From Candidatus Marinacidobacterales bacterium (GTDB lineage Bacteria; Acidobacteriota; Vicinamibacteria; Marinacidobacterales; DATDRI01): a stretch of 64,000 nt of DNA. The position numbers were made by a program, and so were the translations under genes. The stretch lies in assembly GCA_965226495.1 (NCBI GenBank), contig OZ245365.1, positions 1,024,001-1,088,000 on the forward strand. Reading direction: 5' to 3'. Each line of letters opens with the position of its first letter. Position 1 is the stretch's first letter. This document shows positions 9,349-18,409 of the stretch, one piece after another. The notes under the pieces were generated by a model. That model had not been told where the DNA came from and made no database searches. It saw nothing but the letters and a program-made list of their open reading frames with translations.

Positions 9349-10710
9349 TCACCTCCGATTGACGGGTAGGTCCAACTTGGATCGGTCGATCACTTGACCA
9401 TCCTTCACCACCAGCGCGATGCGCTTCGCATTGTCGATATCTTCTGAGGGGTCGGCGTTCAGCAGGACGAGATCGGCGAGCTTACCCTCCTCGACCGAGC
9501 CCAGGTCGTCCGACTTGCCGAGGAATATAGCTGCATTGAGAGTGGCACAACGAATGACGGCGGAGGGGGAGAATCCCGCCGCAACTAGCAGTTCCATCTC
9601 ACGGTGCAGCGCGGGGCCGAGGGATTGATCGGTGCCGGTGACCACGATGCCGCCGTACTCGTGTACCATCCGAAGGTTTTCTTGCGCGATGGGGGTCATG
9701 ATTTTCATCCACCAAGTCCAAGGGCGCTCTTTCTGCCTGTTCCTTTCATCGGTTTTGAGGCGCTCGATTTCGGACGGCTCCAAAGTGGCCTCATAGAGGG
9801 GTTGATCTAGAAACTCCGGGCTGTCCACTAATCGACTGTAATTCTCTCCGATCGTCAACGTGGAGACGGTGGGAATTTTCTTGGCGCCCATGAGCCGAGC
9901 GAATTCTTCCGTAATTGGCCCGCGGATCGACATGGGGTGAGAAAGAGCATCCACCCCGGCGAAGATGGCCTCTCGCGTTCTAATCTCGTTTGAAGCATGG
10001 ACGGTCGCGCGGATGCCGTGGTCGTTGTAGTACTCGATGATGCGCTGCATTAGATCTAAGTCGAGCATGGGTATCTGGGGACGGCTTCCCCAGCCACGTT
10101 CTTCGTAAGTCAACTTGACCATGTCCGGTTTGCGCGCGATGTGCTCGTCCAACTGGGCGATCGCCTCCGGCCAGTCGTTCACCAATGTCGCTCCCTCGAA
10201 ACCGCCATGGCCTCCCGGGGCGGTTACGATGCCGCCGGCGGCGAAGAGGCGGGGGCTCGTGATCGCACCCGATCGCTCCTTCTCGCGTAGACCCATGATG
10301 AAGTCCGGATGATTACCGGAGTCGAAGACGGAGGTCACCCCTGAGTAGAGGTACGACTGGAGGACTTGGATTCCGACACGTTCGTAATCGCCTGTCTGCG
10401 ATCCAACGTACAGGTTTCCGTCTGGCACTCCTCGGATGTGGACGTGCATATCCATCAGACCCGGAATCAAATACTTTCCGGTGCCGTCGATACGTCGGGC
10501 GCCGGAAGGGGCCTTGATGGCGCCGTTTCGGATGCGCTCGATTCGACTACCTCGTACCAACACGGATGTGCCAGCCTGGGGAGACTTTCCGGTGCCGTCG
10601 ATCAGGGTCACGTTCCCGATCAAAAGGCTGGACTCTTGTCCCGCGAACACGGGCAGGCTGATCGAGCATGCGATTGCCATCACCAGGGCCATCTTCGAAC
10701 GCCTCTTCAT
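9349..10710 (-). CDS. Secreted amidohydrolase family protein
   Basis: Signal peptide; PGLMDMHVH, GTD, GSVEEGKLADLVLL. Confidence 0.9.
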   Translation of the reverse strand: MKRRSKMALVMAIACSISLPVFAGQESSLLIGNVTLIDGTGKSPQAGTSVLVRGSRIERIRNGAIKAPSGARRIDGTGKYLIPGLMDMHVHIRGVPDGNLYVGSQTGDYERVGIQVLQSYLYSGVTSVFDSGNHPDFIMGLREKERSGAITSPRLFAAGGIVTAPGGHGGFEGATLVNDWPEAIAQLDEHIARKPDMVKLTYEERGWGSRPQIPMLDLDLMQRIIEYYNDHGIRATVHASNEIRTREAIFAGVDALSHPMSIRGPITEEFARLMGAKKIPTVSTLTIGENYSRLVDSPEFLDQPLYEATLEPSEIERLKTDERNRQKERPWTWWMKIMTPIAQENLRMVHEYGGIVVTGTDQSLGPALHREMELLVAAGFSPSAVIRCATLNAAIFLGKSDDLGSVEEGKLADLVLLNADPSEDIDNAKRIALVVKDGQVIDRSKLDLPVNRR

Positions 10711-11012
10711 TTGCTGTCCCCTCTCATTTGACCAGGTAGTACTCGTCAAGCTCGTATTCCTGGGAGGCCGGCAGACGGTAGTCCTGGGGTTCGCCGCGCT
10801 TACTGCACGAGCGAGAAGATCGCAAGGTTTCTAGGAAGTTGAGATTCACGTCGACTGTCCTTTCGTCCAAGGCGATGAGCGTAGCACGAGTCGGTCTAGC
10901 GGCAAAAGAGATGGGCCGGCAATCTAGGCTCTTCTCACCGACCCCAAGTACAAAATGCCGACCGTGCTTCCCGATGGTAGCTACCGCGCGGGCGTCGAAT
11001 GACCCTAAGGAT

Positions 11013-11041
11013 TTGACAGCAGGACTAATTCTGCGTAGTCT
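11013..11041 (+). promoter_or_regulatory. Sigma70-type promoter for the cimA leader
   Basis: TTGACA (11013-11018), 17-bp spacer, TAGTCT (11036-11041); predicted +1 falls at about 11048. Confidence 0.7.
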
Positions 11042-11047
11042 TGCTCC

Positions 11048-11158
11048 ATGACGAGCCAGCGGCCCACTTCCAGCCCTGCGCCGACCGGTTTGCGCATTTT
11101 CGGTAGCCCGCACATCAGCATCATCGTCATTACCGACGGGTGCGGGCCACCCAAGTAG
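11048..11158 (+). CDS. Ile-rich attenuation leader peptide (36 aa) MTSQRPTSSPAPTGLRIFGSPHISIIVITDGCGPPK
   Basis: Own translation; Ile cluster atc agc atc atc gtc att acc lies just upstream of the antiterminator strand; too short for the ORF track. Confidence 0.8.
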   Translation: MTSQRPTSSPAPTGLRIFGSPHISIIVITDGCGPPK

Positions 11159-11169
11159 TTGGAATCAAA

Positions 11170-11209
11170 GGCCCCGCACCCCACGATGGGGTGCGGGGCC
11201 TTTTTTTTT
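11170..11209 (+). terminator. Attenuator intrinsic terminator
   Basis: ggccccgcacccca-cga-tggggtgcggggcc 14-bp stem followed by T9, ending 14 nt before the cimA ATG. Confidence 0.92.
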
Positions 11210-11223
11210 GCTCGGAGAACACA

Positions 11224-12828
11224 ATGAAGGACAACCAGGTCCATCTCTACGACACCACATTACGCGACGGCACGCAGGGCGAAGGGATCAGCCTCTCCGC
11301 TGACGACAAGCTGGCTATCGCGCGGCTGTTGGACGATTTCGGCATTCACTACATCGAGGGTGGCTGGCCCGGTTCGAACCCGAAAGACGTCGAGTTCTTC
11401 CGCCGGATGCGGGGGATCAGTCTCAATCAAGCCAAAGTCGTGGCCTTCGGGAGTACGCGACGGGCGGGGCTCAAGCCCGACGGAGACGCCAATCTTCAGG
11501 CCTTGCTCGCGGCCGCTACTTCGACGGTCGCACTCGTTGGCAAGTCGTCGACACTCCACGTAACAGATGTCTTGAGGACGACGTTAGACGAAAACCTGGC
11601 CATGATTGCCGATAGCGTCCGTTTGATGAAAGAGCACGGTCGTGAGGTCGTTTACGACGCCGAGCACTTCTTCGACGGTTACAAAGCCGACCCCGAGTAT
11701 GCCCTCGAGACCGTCAGGGTCGCGGCGGACGCGGGCGCCGACTGGATCGTCCTTTGCGACACCAACGGAGGCAGCCTCCCGAGCTGGATCGGCGAAGTCA
11801 TTGCCGCCGTGGGCGCGCAGGTTGTTGCTCCGCTCGGCATTCACACTCACAACGACGGTGAGCTTGCGGTGGCCAATGCCCTGGCAGCGGTCGAGGCCGG
11901 CTGTACTCAAGTTCAGGGGACCATCAACGGTTACGGCGAGCGCTGCGGTAACACCAATCTGGTTTCGATCCTGCCCACCCTGCAGCTCAAGATGGAACGA
12001 AGCTGCGTCCCCGAAGACAAACTGGCCGGTCTGACCGATCTCTCTCGCACGGTTGCCGAGATTGCGAACCAGAGTCCGGATCCTTATGCGCCCTACGTCG
12101 GTTATTCGGCCTTCGCTCACAAAGGCGGCATCCATGGTTCAGCGGTCGAGCGGGTTAAGTCGAGCTACGAACATCTCGCGCCCGAGCAGGTTGGGAACCG
12201 GCGTCGTTTCGTCGTGTCGGAGCTTTCGGGTCGCGCGAGTCTCCGCGTCGGCGCGGCGGATCTCGGGCTCCGGATCCAGGGAAACGAGCATGCCCTTTTG
12301 CAAAAGATCAAGGAGCTCGAGAGTCGGGGTTTTCAATTCGAGGCCGCTGAAGGTTCGCTCGAGCTGCTCATCCGGCGAAGCCAGGACGATTATACCCGCC
12401 CCTTCGAATTGCTCGACGTGATCGTGGTTGCCGCAGCCGAGAGCGGCAATGGAATGCGGACCGAGGTCACCGTGGCGCTTCGGGTGGACGAGGAGGTGAT
12501 GCTTACGTCGGCCGAGGCAGTAGGTCCCGTTCACGCCCTCGACGTTGCACTCCGCAAGGCGCTCGTCCCTCGTTATCCTGCGCTAGAGGAAATGAGATTG
12601 GTCGACTACAAGGTGCGCATTCTCGATCCGGAAAAAGCTACCCAGGCGACGACAAGGGTTCTCATCGAAGCGAGTCGAGGCATCGATCGTTGGAGCACCG
12701 TCGGTTGCTCGGAGAACATCATCGAAGCAAGCTCCCAGGCACTTCTCGATAGCTTCGAGCTTGCTCTCGTGCGTCCAGCGTTGCCGGAGCACAAAACATC
12801 TGAACTGGCCAAAGGAAAAGTCCGCTAA
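11224..12828 (+). CDS. cimA: Citramalate synthase (LeuA/CimA family, bacterial CimA type)
   Basis: [62 protein letters not shown], regulatory domain DYKVRI...WSTVG; ATG 11224 behind ggag. Confidence 0.92.
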   Translation: MKDNQVHLYDTTLRDGTQGEGISLSADDKLAIARLLDDFGIHYIEGGWPGSNPKDVEFFRRMRGISLNQAKVVAFGSTRRAGLKPDGDANLQALLAAATSTVALVGKSSTLHVTDVLRTTLDENLAMIADSVRLMKEHGREVVYDAEHFFDGYKADPEYALETVRVAADAGADWIVLCDTNGGSLPSWIGEVIAAVGAQVVAPLGIHTHNDGELAVANALAAVEAGCTQVQGTINGYGERCGNTNLVSILPTLQLKMERSCVPEDKLAGLTDLSRTVAEIANQSPDPYAPYVGYSAFAHKGGIHGSAVERVKSSYEHLAPEQVGNRRRFVVSELSGRASLRVGAADLGLRIQGNEHALLQKIKELESRGFQFEAAEGSLELLIRRSQDDYTRPFELLDVIVVAAAESGNGMRTEVTVALRVDEEVMLTSAEAVGPVHALDVALRKALVPRYPALEEMRLVDYKVRILDPEKATQATTRVLIEASRGIDRWSTVGCSENIIEASSQALLDSFELALVRPALPEHKTSELAKGKVR

Positions 12829-12974
12829 CCCTGGACCCGCCCCGAGACGCTGGAAAGCTTGGACCTCGACGATTTGGGTTCGCGGTTTGCTTTTAGCACA
12901 CATTCAGAGGGACCGGGTCCGATCCCTTTGGTGGGGCGAATTTCGAACGGCCTTGGAGGGCGGAGTCGAACCCA

Positions 12975-13117
12975 GAAGCGGCCGAGTCGAAGGTGGACGG
13001 GCTTTCGCCTTCTATGACGAGAAGACGAAGACTTGGGTGGTCGAGCCGGGGACGTTCGAGATCATTTTGGGCAGTTCTTCCCGTGACATCCGAGCGTCGG
13101 CGAAGATAGACCTCTAA
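12975..13117 (+). pseudogene. C-terminal Fn3-like tail of a GH3 beta-glucosidase
   Basis: RAFAFYDEKTKTWVVEPGTFEIILGSSSRDIR; rest of the gene absent. Confidence 0.7.
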
Positions 13118-13136
13118 GGGCCCTAGCCGTCACTTG

Positions 13137-14789
13137 CTAGCCGGCAGCCGAGGACAGCATCCGGTTCAGTAGCTCGCCCCAAGAGGCCTTCGAATTCTGT
13201 TCTGCGGCTACTTGTTTGAGGGCCTCCGCGTGCCTCGGATCGATCCGGAGTGCAGTACGGAACTCGATCTCGGCGCGGGTCTTCAGTCGAAACGACTTGT
13301 AATAGAGTCCCAACGATACGTGAAGTTCCGCGTCCTGCGGCGCCAGCCGAAGTGCCTCGATGAAGTGCCGCTCCGCCCGTCTGCGTTGGAGCGGATGTTT
13401 GGACATCGTGTGGGCTAGCTTCGCCCGGTACGAAGCGTTTTGGGGAGCGAGCTCGACGAGCTCGAAAAGCAACGCGATGGCGCCCTGCCAATCCTGTGCT
13501 TTGGAGTGTCGCTCGACGTCCGCGAGGATCTGCTCCACCCGGCTCCGGATCTCGCCCCGGATCGCGTCCCCGAGGGCACGGTGGGAGATCACGGTCGGGC
13601 CCTCCCGCTTGGTGCGATCGGGCCTCGCGGCCGCCGCCTCGCGCGGAGCCGTCGATTCTTCGGGCACGGATCGAGTATTTGTTCGGACCTTCGAATTCAC
13701 GTCGTCTCCAGGCTGCGCCGACAATTTTCTTTGGGTCAGGACTCGCTGACAAGCCGTCTCCAAGCGAGTTTCTATCTCGTTGATCTTACCGGCAAGGGAG
13801 GGCTCGTCTTGAGCGAGGCTTCGTACCCACGACCATTCACTGCACCGTTCCCGGTAAGCCTCCTCGATCTCTTCGTCGGTGGAACGAGAATCGATCTGGA
13901 GAAGTTGGTCGTCTGAGGTTTGATCCAGGCTCTCGTGCATCACGCGGATCTCTTGTTGGATGCTCGTTGCCTGCGTCTTGCCTAGGCACCGTTCGAGCTC
14001 GGAGAGACGAAACGTCTTGGTCTCTTCCTGAACTTTGAGCAGGCACTCGTCTGCTTCACCGTCTCCGGACTCGAGGATTCCCGATGTATAGAGACCGTAA
14101 TAGGCAAGCAGGGCAAGGTCGCGATCCTCGGGGAACAGGCCAAGGACTTCGTCGAAAATCGAACCCGCTCCCACGCATCGCAGCACGTCCCGCTCCATCG
14201 GGGTCAGCTGGTCGACGTCGCAGGTGAAGGGAGGCCGCTCGGCGACTCGCACCGAAGTGTCGAGAGGAGGTAAGCACTCCAGAATACCATCGGGGTTGGG
14301 CATCGTTCGGATGCCGTCTAGTAGAATCCGGTGAATGGATAGGCTCACCATCAGATCGACCGGGATACTGCACGCCCTCTCATCGAAGCTGTAGATGCCC
14401 TGTTCGACCTCGAAAAGAGAAACGACGATCCCATTGACTTGCATGGCAACCTGATGACCGATGTCCTCCTCCCGCATGACACCGGCCTGCACCAAGGCCT
14501 GTCCTAGTCGCTGTTGGTCACGCCTCGCCATCTGGGCGGCAAGGGTGAAATCATCGCGCGAGATCTGACCGGAGTGGATCAAACGATAACCCAGGCGGTC
14601 CACTTCGAGACTGCTAGCGGCGAAGACGACGAACCCTCGGTCGAAATAGATCGTCTTCGCGGCTTGCCCGAAAATGACTTGCAGGTCTCCGGTCTGCTCT
14701 TCCGCCGCGATCCGCTTGATGACTTCCGCGAGCGGCACCGAAGATAATGAGCCGACCCATTCCTTCGACTCCCGATCCATATCTTCCAT
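13137..14789 (-). CDS. DUF4388 (PatA-N-like) / degenerate J-domain / TPR protein
   Basis: GSLSSVPLAEVIKRI..EEQTGDL..KTIYFDRGFVVFAASS..RLGYRLI; J-like LLQIDSRSTDEEIEEAYRE; C-terminal TPRs. Confidence 0.82.
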   Translation of the reverse strand: MEDMDRESKEWVGSLSSVPLAEVIKRIAAEEQTGDLQVIFGQAAKTIYFDRGFVVFAASSLEVDRLGYRLIHSGQISRDDFTLAAQMARRDQQRLGQALVQAGVMREEDIGHQVAMQVNGIVVSLFEVEQGIYSFDERACSIPVDLMVSLSIHRILLDGIRTMPNPDGILECLPPLDTSVRVAERPPFTCDVDQLTPMERDVLRCVGAGSIFDEVLGLFPEDRDLALLAYYGLYTSGILESGDGEADECLLKVQEETKTFRLSELERCLGKTQATSIQQEIRVMHESLDQTSDDQLLQIDSRSTDEEIEEAYRERCSEWSWVRSLAQDEPSLAGKINEIETRLETACQRVLTQRKLSAQPGDDVNSKVRTNTRSVPEESTAPREAAAARPDRTKREGPTVISHRALGDAIRGEIRSRVEQILADVERHSKAQDWQGAIALLFELVELAPQNASYRAKLAHTMSKHPLQRRRAERHFIEALRLAPQDAELHVSLGLYYKSFRLKTRAEIEFRTALRIDPRHAEALKQVAAEQNSKASWGELLNRMLSSAAG

Positions 14790-14853
14790 TTCGAGATCCC
14801 CAGTTCCTTCCGGCGTCGAAACGCACGAAGCTCCTGCTACTAGTGATATGGGG

Positions 14854-14870
14854 ATTCAAGTTGCGTGCCA
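14854..14870 (-). promoter_or_regulatory. Putative sigma54 promoter for the DUF4388 gene
   Basis: Minus strand TGGCACGCAACTTGAAT against consensus TGGCAC-N5-TTGCW. Confidence 0.45.
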
Positions 14871-15137
14871 GAGCGACGTGGAGGGGGTTTTCATCGATGG
14901 CGGGGCGCGCCACGCCCATATGCCGTTACTCTTGCGGTAACGGCGCTAGTTTCCCGGGTGGGTGTTTCCGGACCCCAGGTTTCCTTTGAGGGAGTGTTGC
15001 CATTTACCCCCACCACCCGGGTAAAACTCCCCGTGTCGTAGCGGAATCCATGCGGTCGGGTTTGAGACCGATGTCGGCAAAACCCAACGCATGAATAGGT
15101 TGCGTCCGTTCGCCGAGTGACTGTCGGTTGGGGTGTT

Positions 15138-15153
15138 CGGCATCGTTCTTGTA
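15138..15153 (+). promoter_or_regulatory. Putative sigma54 promoter for the diguanylate cyclase
   Basis: CGGCATCGTTCTTGTA with correct -24/-12 spacing, 22 nt before the start codon. Confidence 0.35.
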
Positions 15154-15175
15154 TCACTCCGAGGAGGAGTAGCCT

Positions 15176-16474
15176 TTGCCAGATCTAAGCGCCGTCATGA
15201 CTATCGCTGCGTGTCTAGCATTGTGCCTGCTAGTGCGCTCCAATCTTCGACTGCGCGACAAGCTCAAGCAGGCCGTCGGCGAGCTTGAAAGTGAACGCGA
15301 GTTTGGCTGCCTCCCTTCCGAAGTTCAACAAGGTCTACGGTCGGTCGAAGAGCACAAGCAATTTCTCAGCGGGTTCCTTCGCGACCTCCCCTCGCTCACC
15401 AAGGAGCTTCACAGCCAGGTCAGTACCCGTCGCTTGGCCGAGATTCTCCTGCACATCGTGCGGCAAGCTTTGAAGCCGCAGGAGGCAGTGGTCTTGCTAC
15501 GTCGAGGTGAGGGGGCATCGAAGGCCGGCGACTTGGTCGTGGCGGTCGTCCATCCAGAACAATCTCGAATCCAGAAGGGGAATGCCATCCCGATCGGTCG
15601 GGGCGAGATCGGATTGGTTGCGGAGACGCAGATCACCATGAGCCGCTACGACTTCGATCGAGAGAGGCATTTCGAACCAGCGACAATCACCGGCGAGCCG
15701 GTGGTCGATTTCAAGCCCGAGCTTGCGGCGCCGATGGTGATCGATGGTGAGACGGCCGGGGTCATCGCGCTATCGGGTTTGTCCTATGGACCCTACGAAG
15801 TCTCCGACGCCAAAGCGGCGCTCCGAGTCATCGCTCAAATCGGTGCTCTCACGGCTCGCAATGCCGCTGTCTATCGGCGCACGAAATTCTCTGCTGACGT
15901 GGACGGACTCACCAAAATTTTCAACAAAACTCATCTCATCCAAATTCTCGGGGATCTGATGCAGGACGCGCGCGAGCGTGTGTCGGGGTTCACTGTCTTT
16001 CTCTTCGACATCGACAACTTCAAGAACTACAACGACGTGAATGGGCACGTCGCCGGGGATCACCTGCTCCGGGAGCTGGCGCAACTCGTCGTGAAAAATA
16101 TTCGAGAGGATGACATCTTCGGGCGGTTTGGTGGAGAAGAATTCTTGTTGGTACTGCCGGAGACCGAACTGATGGAGGCGGTCGTGGTGGCGGAAAAAAT
16201 CCGAAACGCGATCGCGCAGGGGAACTTGCCATTCGCCGACCGCCAGCCCCTCGGTGTCTTGAGTGTCAGCGGTGGAGTGGCAGCCTACCCCGCGCATGGC
16301 CTCGACACCACCAATCTACTACAGGCCGCCGACGCGGCCCTTTATGCGGCTAAGGGCCAAGGCCGAAACCGAGTCTTGCCGGCTCGGCGGGAGTACCTGA
16401 GCGGCAACGAGCCTGAGCTTCTGGTCACCGACCAGGACTTGCTGACCGAGCAGGTTTCTGAACGCCGCCGGTAA
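15176..16474 (+). CDS. Membrane-anchored GAF-GGDEF diguanylate cyclase
   Basis: N-terminal TM; GAF-like IGRGEIGLVAE..LAAPMVIDGETAGVI; DGLTKIFN, DIDNFKNYND, I-site REDD, GGEEF; RBS gaggagg before TTG. Confidence 0.93.
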   Translation: MPDLSAVMTIAACLALCLLVRSNLRLRDKLKQAVGELESEREFGCLPSEVQQGLRSVEEHKQFLSGFLRDLPSLTKELHSQVSTRRLAEILLHIVRQALKPQEAVVLLRRGEGASKAGDLVVAVVHPEQSRIQKGNAIPIGRGEIGLVAETQITMSRYDFDRERHFEPATITGEPVVDFKPELAAPMVIDGETAGVIALSGLSYGPYEVSDAKAALRVIAQIGALTARNAAVYRRTKFSADVDGLTKIFNKTHLIQILGDLMQDARERVSGFTVFLFDIDNFKNYNDVNGHVAGDHLLRELAQLVVKNIREDDIFGRFGGEEFLLVLPETELMEAVVVAEKIRNAIAQGNLPFADRQPLGVLSVSGGVAAYPAHGLDTTNLLQAADAALYAAKGQGRNRVLPARREYLSGNEPELLVTDQDLLTEQVSERRR

Positions 16475-16587
16475 TAACACCTCCAACCGCCGCTACCAAC
16501 CGGTTTCACACCGTACGTTCTAGTGTCCTGTACTCGAGCCTTTCCCTCGCCAGTACGGGTGTGCTAGCGTCCTGACGTGAGGAAGAC

Positions 16588-17283
16588 ATGCACTCATTGG
16601 GGCTAGATATCGGAAGTTCTTCCGTCAAGGCATCCCTTCTGGATGTTTCGTCGGGGGCTTCGGTGGCATCTGCCTTCTCGCCGAAAACGGAGATGAAGAT
16701 CGATGCGCCCCAACCTGGTTGGGCGGAGCAAGATCCGGATCAATGGTGGAAGCACCTGAAGCTCGCGGTCAGTGAGGTTCTGACGAGCGCTCCCGTTCGT
16801 CCCGAAGACATCGGTTCGATCGGCATTTCCTATCAAATGCACGGCCTGGTGGTGGTGGACCGCGACCGAAACGTGCTGAGGCCCGCCATCATCTGATGTG
16901 ACAGCCGGGCAGTCGAGATCGGTGACAACGCTTTTGAGGAGATCGGCCCGGAAACGTGCCTCGAAAGTCTCCTCAATTCACCAGGAAACTTTACTGCTTC
17001 GAAGCTCCGGTGGGTCAAAGAGAATGGACCAGACACGTATGGCCTTATCCACAAGTTAATGCTTCCCGGTGACTACGTAGCGATGCGTCTGACCGGCGAC
17101 ATCAACACGACGTCGTCGGGGTTGTCCGAAGGGATACTCTGGGATTTTACTAACAACGAAGTCGCTGGATTTCTGCTCGAGCACTATGGAATCGATCCCG
17201 CACTCGTTCCCGATATCGTGCCGACCTTCTCCGTACATGGAGAGCTTACGAGAAGTGCAGCCTCAGAGCTCGGTTTGAGTGCT
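16588..17283 (+). pseudogene. xylB: Xylulokinase (FGGY) with an in-frame TGA and no C-terminal half
   Basis: LGLDIGSSSVK, GWAEQDP, ISYQMHGLV, RPAII*CDSR (TGA 16894-16896 at the conserved Trp), frame continues NSPGNFTASKLRWVKEN..MLPGDY; similarity ends near 17283. Confidence 0.85.
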
Positions 17284-17470
17284 CCCCGAGTTGCCGGTTT
17301 CGGTCCACCATCACAACCTGACTCAGTCGGGAATCCACAACATACAAAATGCGAATCTCGCCGAGCTAGCCAAGGATCAGGTATGGACTTCATGCACGAT
17401 CATCTTGCCATTGCGCTCGAAAGGCAGCTCCGGGTCTCCGGTACGACCCATTGCTATCGGCTCGCCATAA
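17279..17470 (+). pseudogene. C-terminal fragment of a cyclase/kynurenine-formamidase-like protein
   Basis: VHHHNLTQSGIHNIQNANLAELAKDQVWTSCTIILPLRSKGSSGSPVRPIAIG. Confidence 0.6.
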
Positions 17471-18362
17471 TTAGGCAGCGTGCCCAAGTGCGAAAAACCC
17501 AGGACGAATCCGAAGGGTACAGACTTTATTGATCTTCCAGAGAGTCGGGAAGAACTGCTCGATGATCCCATAGACCACCGGGTCGTTCTGCCTCAATTCC
17601 TCGCGTGTTCCGGAACGTTGCCCCCAGTCACCTATTTCGATGTCCACCCATGGCCCGGGCAGTGATTCGTTCAAATCATAGTACGCGTTCACGCTGTGGG
17701 TGAAGTACTCATCATCCCTAAATTCGTCGAAAGCGGTTGCTTCTTCCGGGGCGTCGTTCGGGGCTTTCATGAAACGCCCCTCTTCAACCGCGTTTAGATA
17801 TGCCGCATAGATTTCATCCACGATTTCAGGATCGGTTGTCGGCATGCCGAGATTGTGAACGACATGCACGAATTCGTGCAGGAGAAAGTTGGCAACATAC
17901 TCCGTGTTCCGCTCGTAGCGAATACCTTTTTCAGAAACGAGTGATGTAGGGTCTTCGGGCATCTGTCCAAGACCCCATTCACCGTCGCTCCCCGAGCCGA
18001 ACTCAGGAAGATCGGATGCGGTTTCGGAGAACGCCATGATCGAGATTCTCGCGTTATTCGCCACGATGGCCTGGTGGACGTCGGGACGCTTGCTGGTCAA
18101 AACGGAGGATGGTACTCCGGGCCGTAAGCAACGCGGCATCGGCTACGTTTTCCGAACCGACAATGACAATGCCATCTGCGTTGACGTATTTCCTATAAAA
18201 CGGATGAACCCCTTGGGGCGGCTCGATAACCGTGTCGCCGGTGTGGACGGTAGGAAAGGGTTCAAAGCTATTTTCACCTTCGTCATCCTGACTCTGTCCC
18301 GCGCAAGCAGACAGGAGCACGATGATCGCTAGAGCCATCAGCATCTCTAAGGAAACTTTCAT
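17471..18362 (-). pseudogene. Frameshifted zincin-like (HExxH) lipoprotein
   Basis: Lipobox LSAC and FYRKYVNADGIVIVGSENVADAALL in one frame; LLHEFVHVVH, DEYF, TREELRQNDP in another; frame switch near 18090-18110. Confidence 0.7.
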
Positions 18363-18409
18363 GGTGATGTCCGTTCACCCAATCGTGGGCCAAGTCGCAT
18401 CGGGGTCCC

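Noticed and set aside
11048-11209. T-box riboswitch as the cimA control element
   Set aside because: No T-box consensus or long stem I seen; a leader peptide with complementary segments explains the region
11140-11223. ORF-track N-terminal extension of CimA
   Set aside because: It runs through the attenuator hairpin; family similarity and an RBS point to ATG 11224
14880-15130. c-di-GMP riboswitch upstream of the diguanylate cyclase (ggcaaaacc-like stretch)
   Set aside because: I could not build the GEMM two-stem/GNRA architecture by eye; an Rfam scan would settle it
16894-16896. In-frame TGA at a conserved Trp of xylB, suggesting UGA=Trp recoding or selenocysteine
   Set aside because: Many intact genes here end in TGA and use TGG for Trp; the position is Trp rather than Cys; the gene is also truncated, so a nonsense change or base error is simpler
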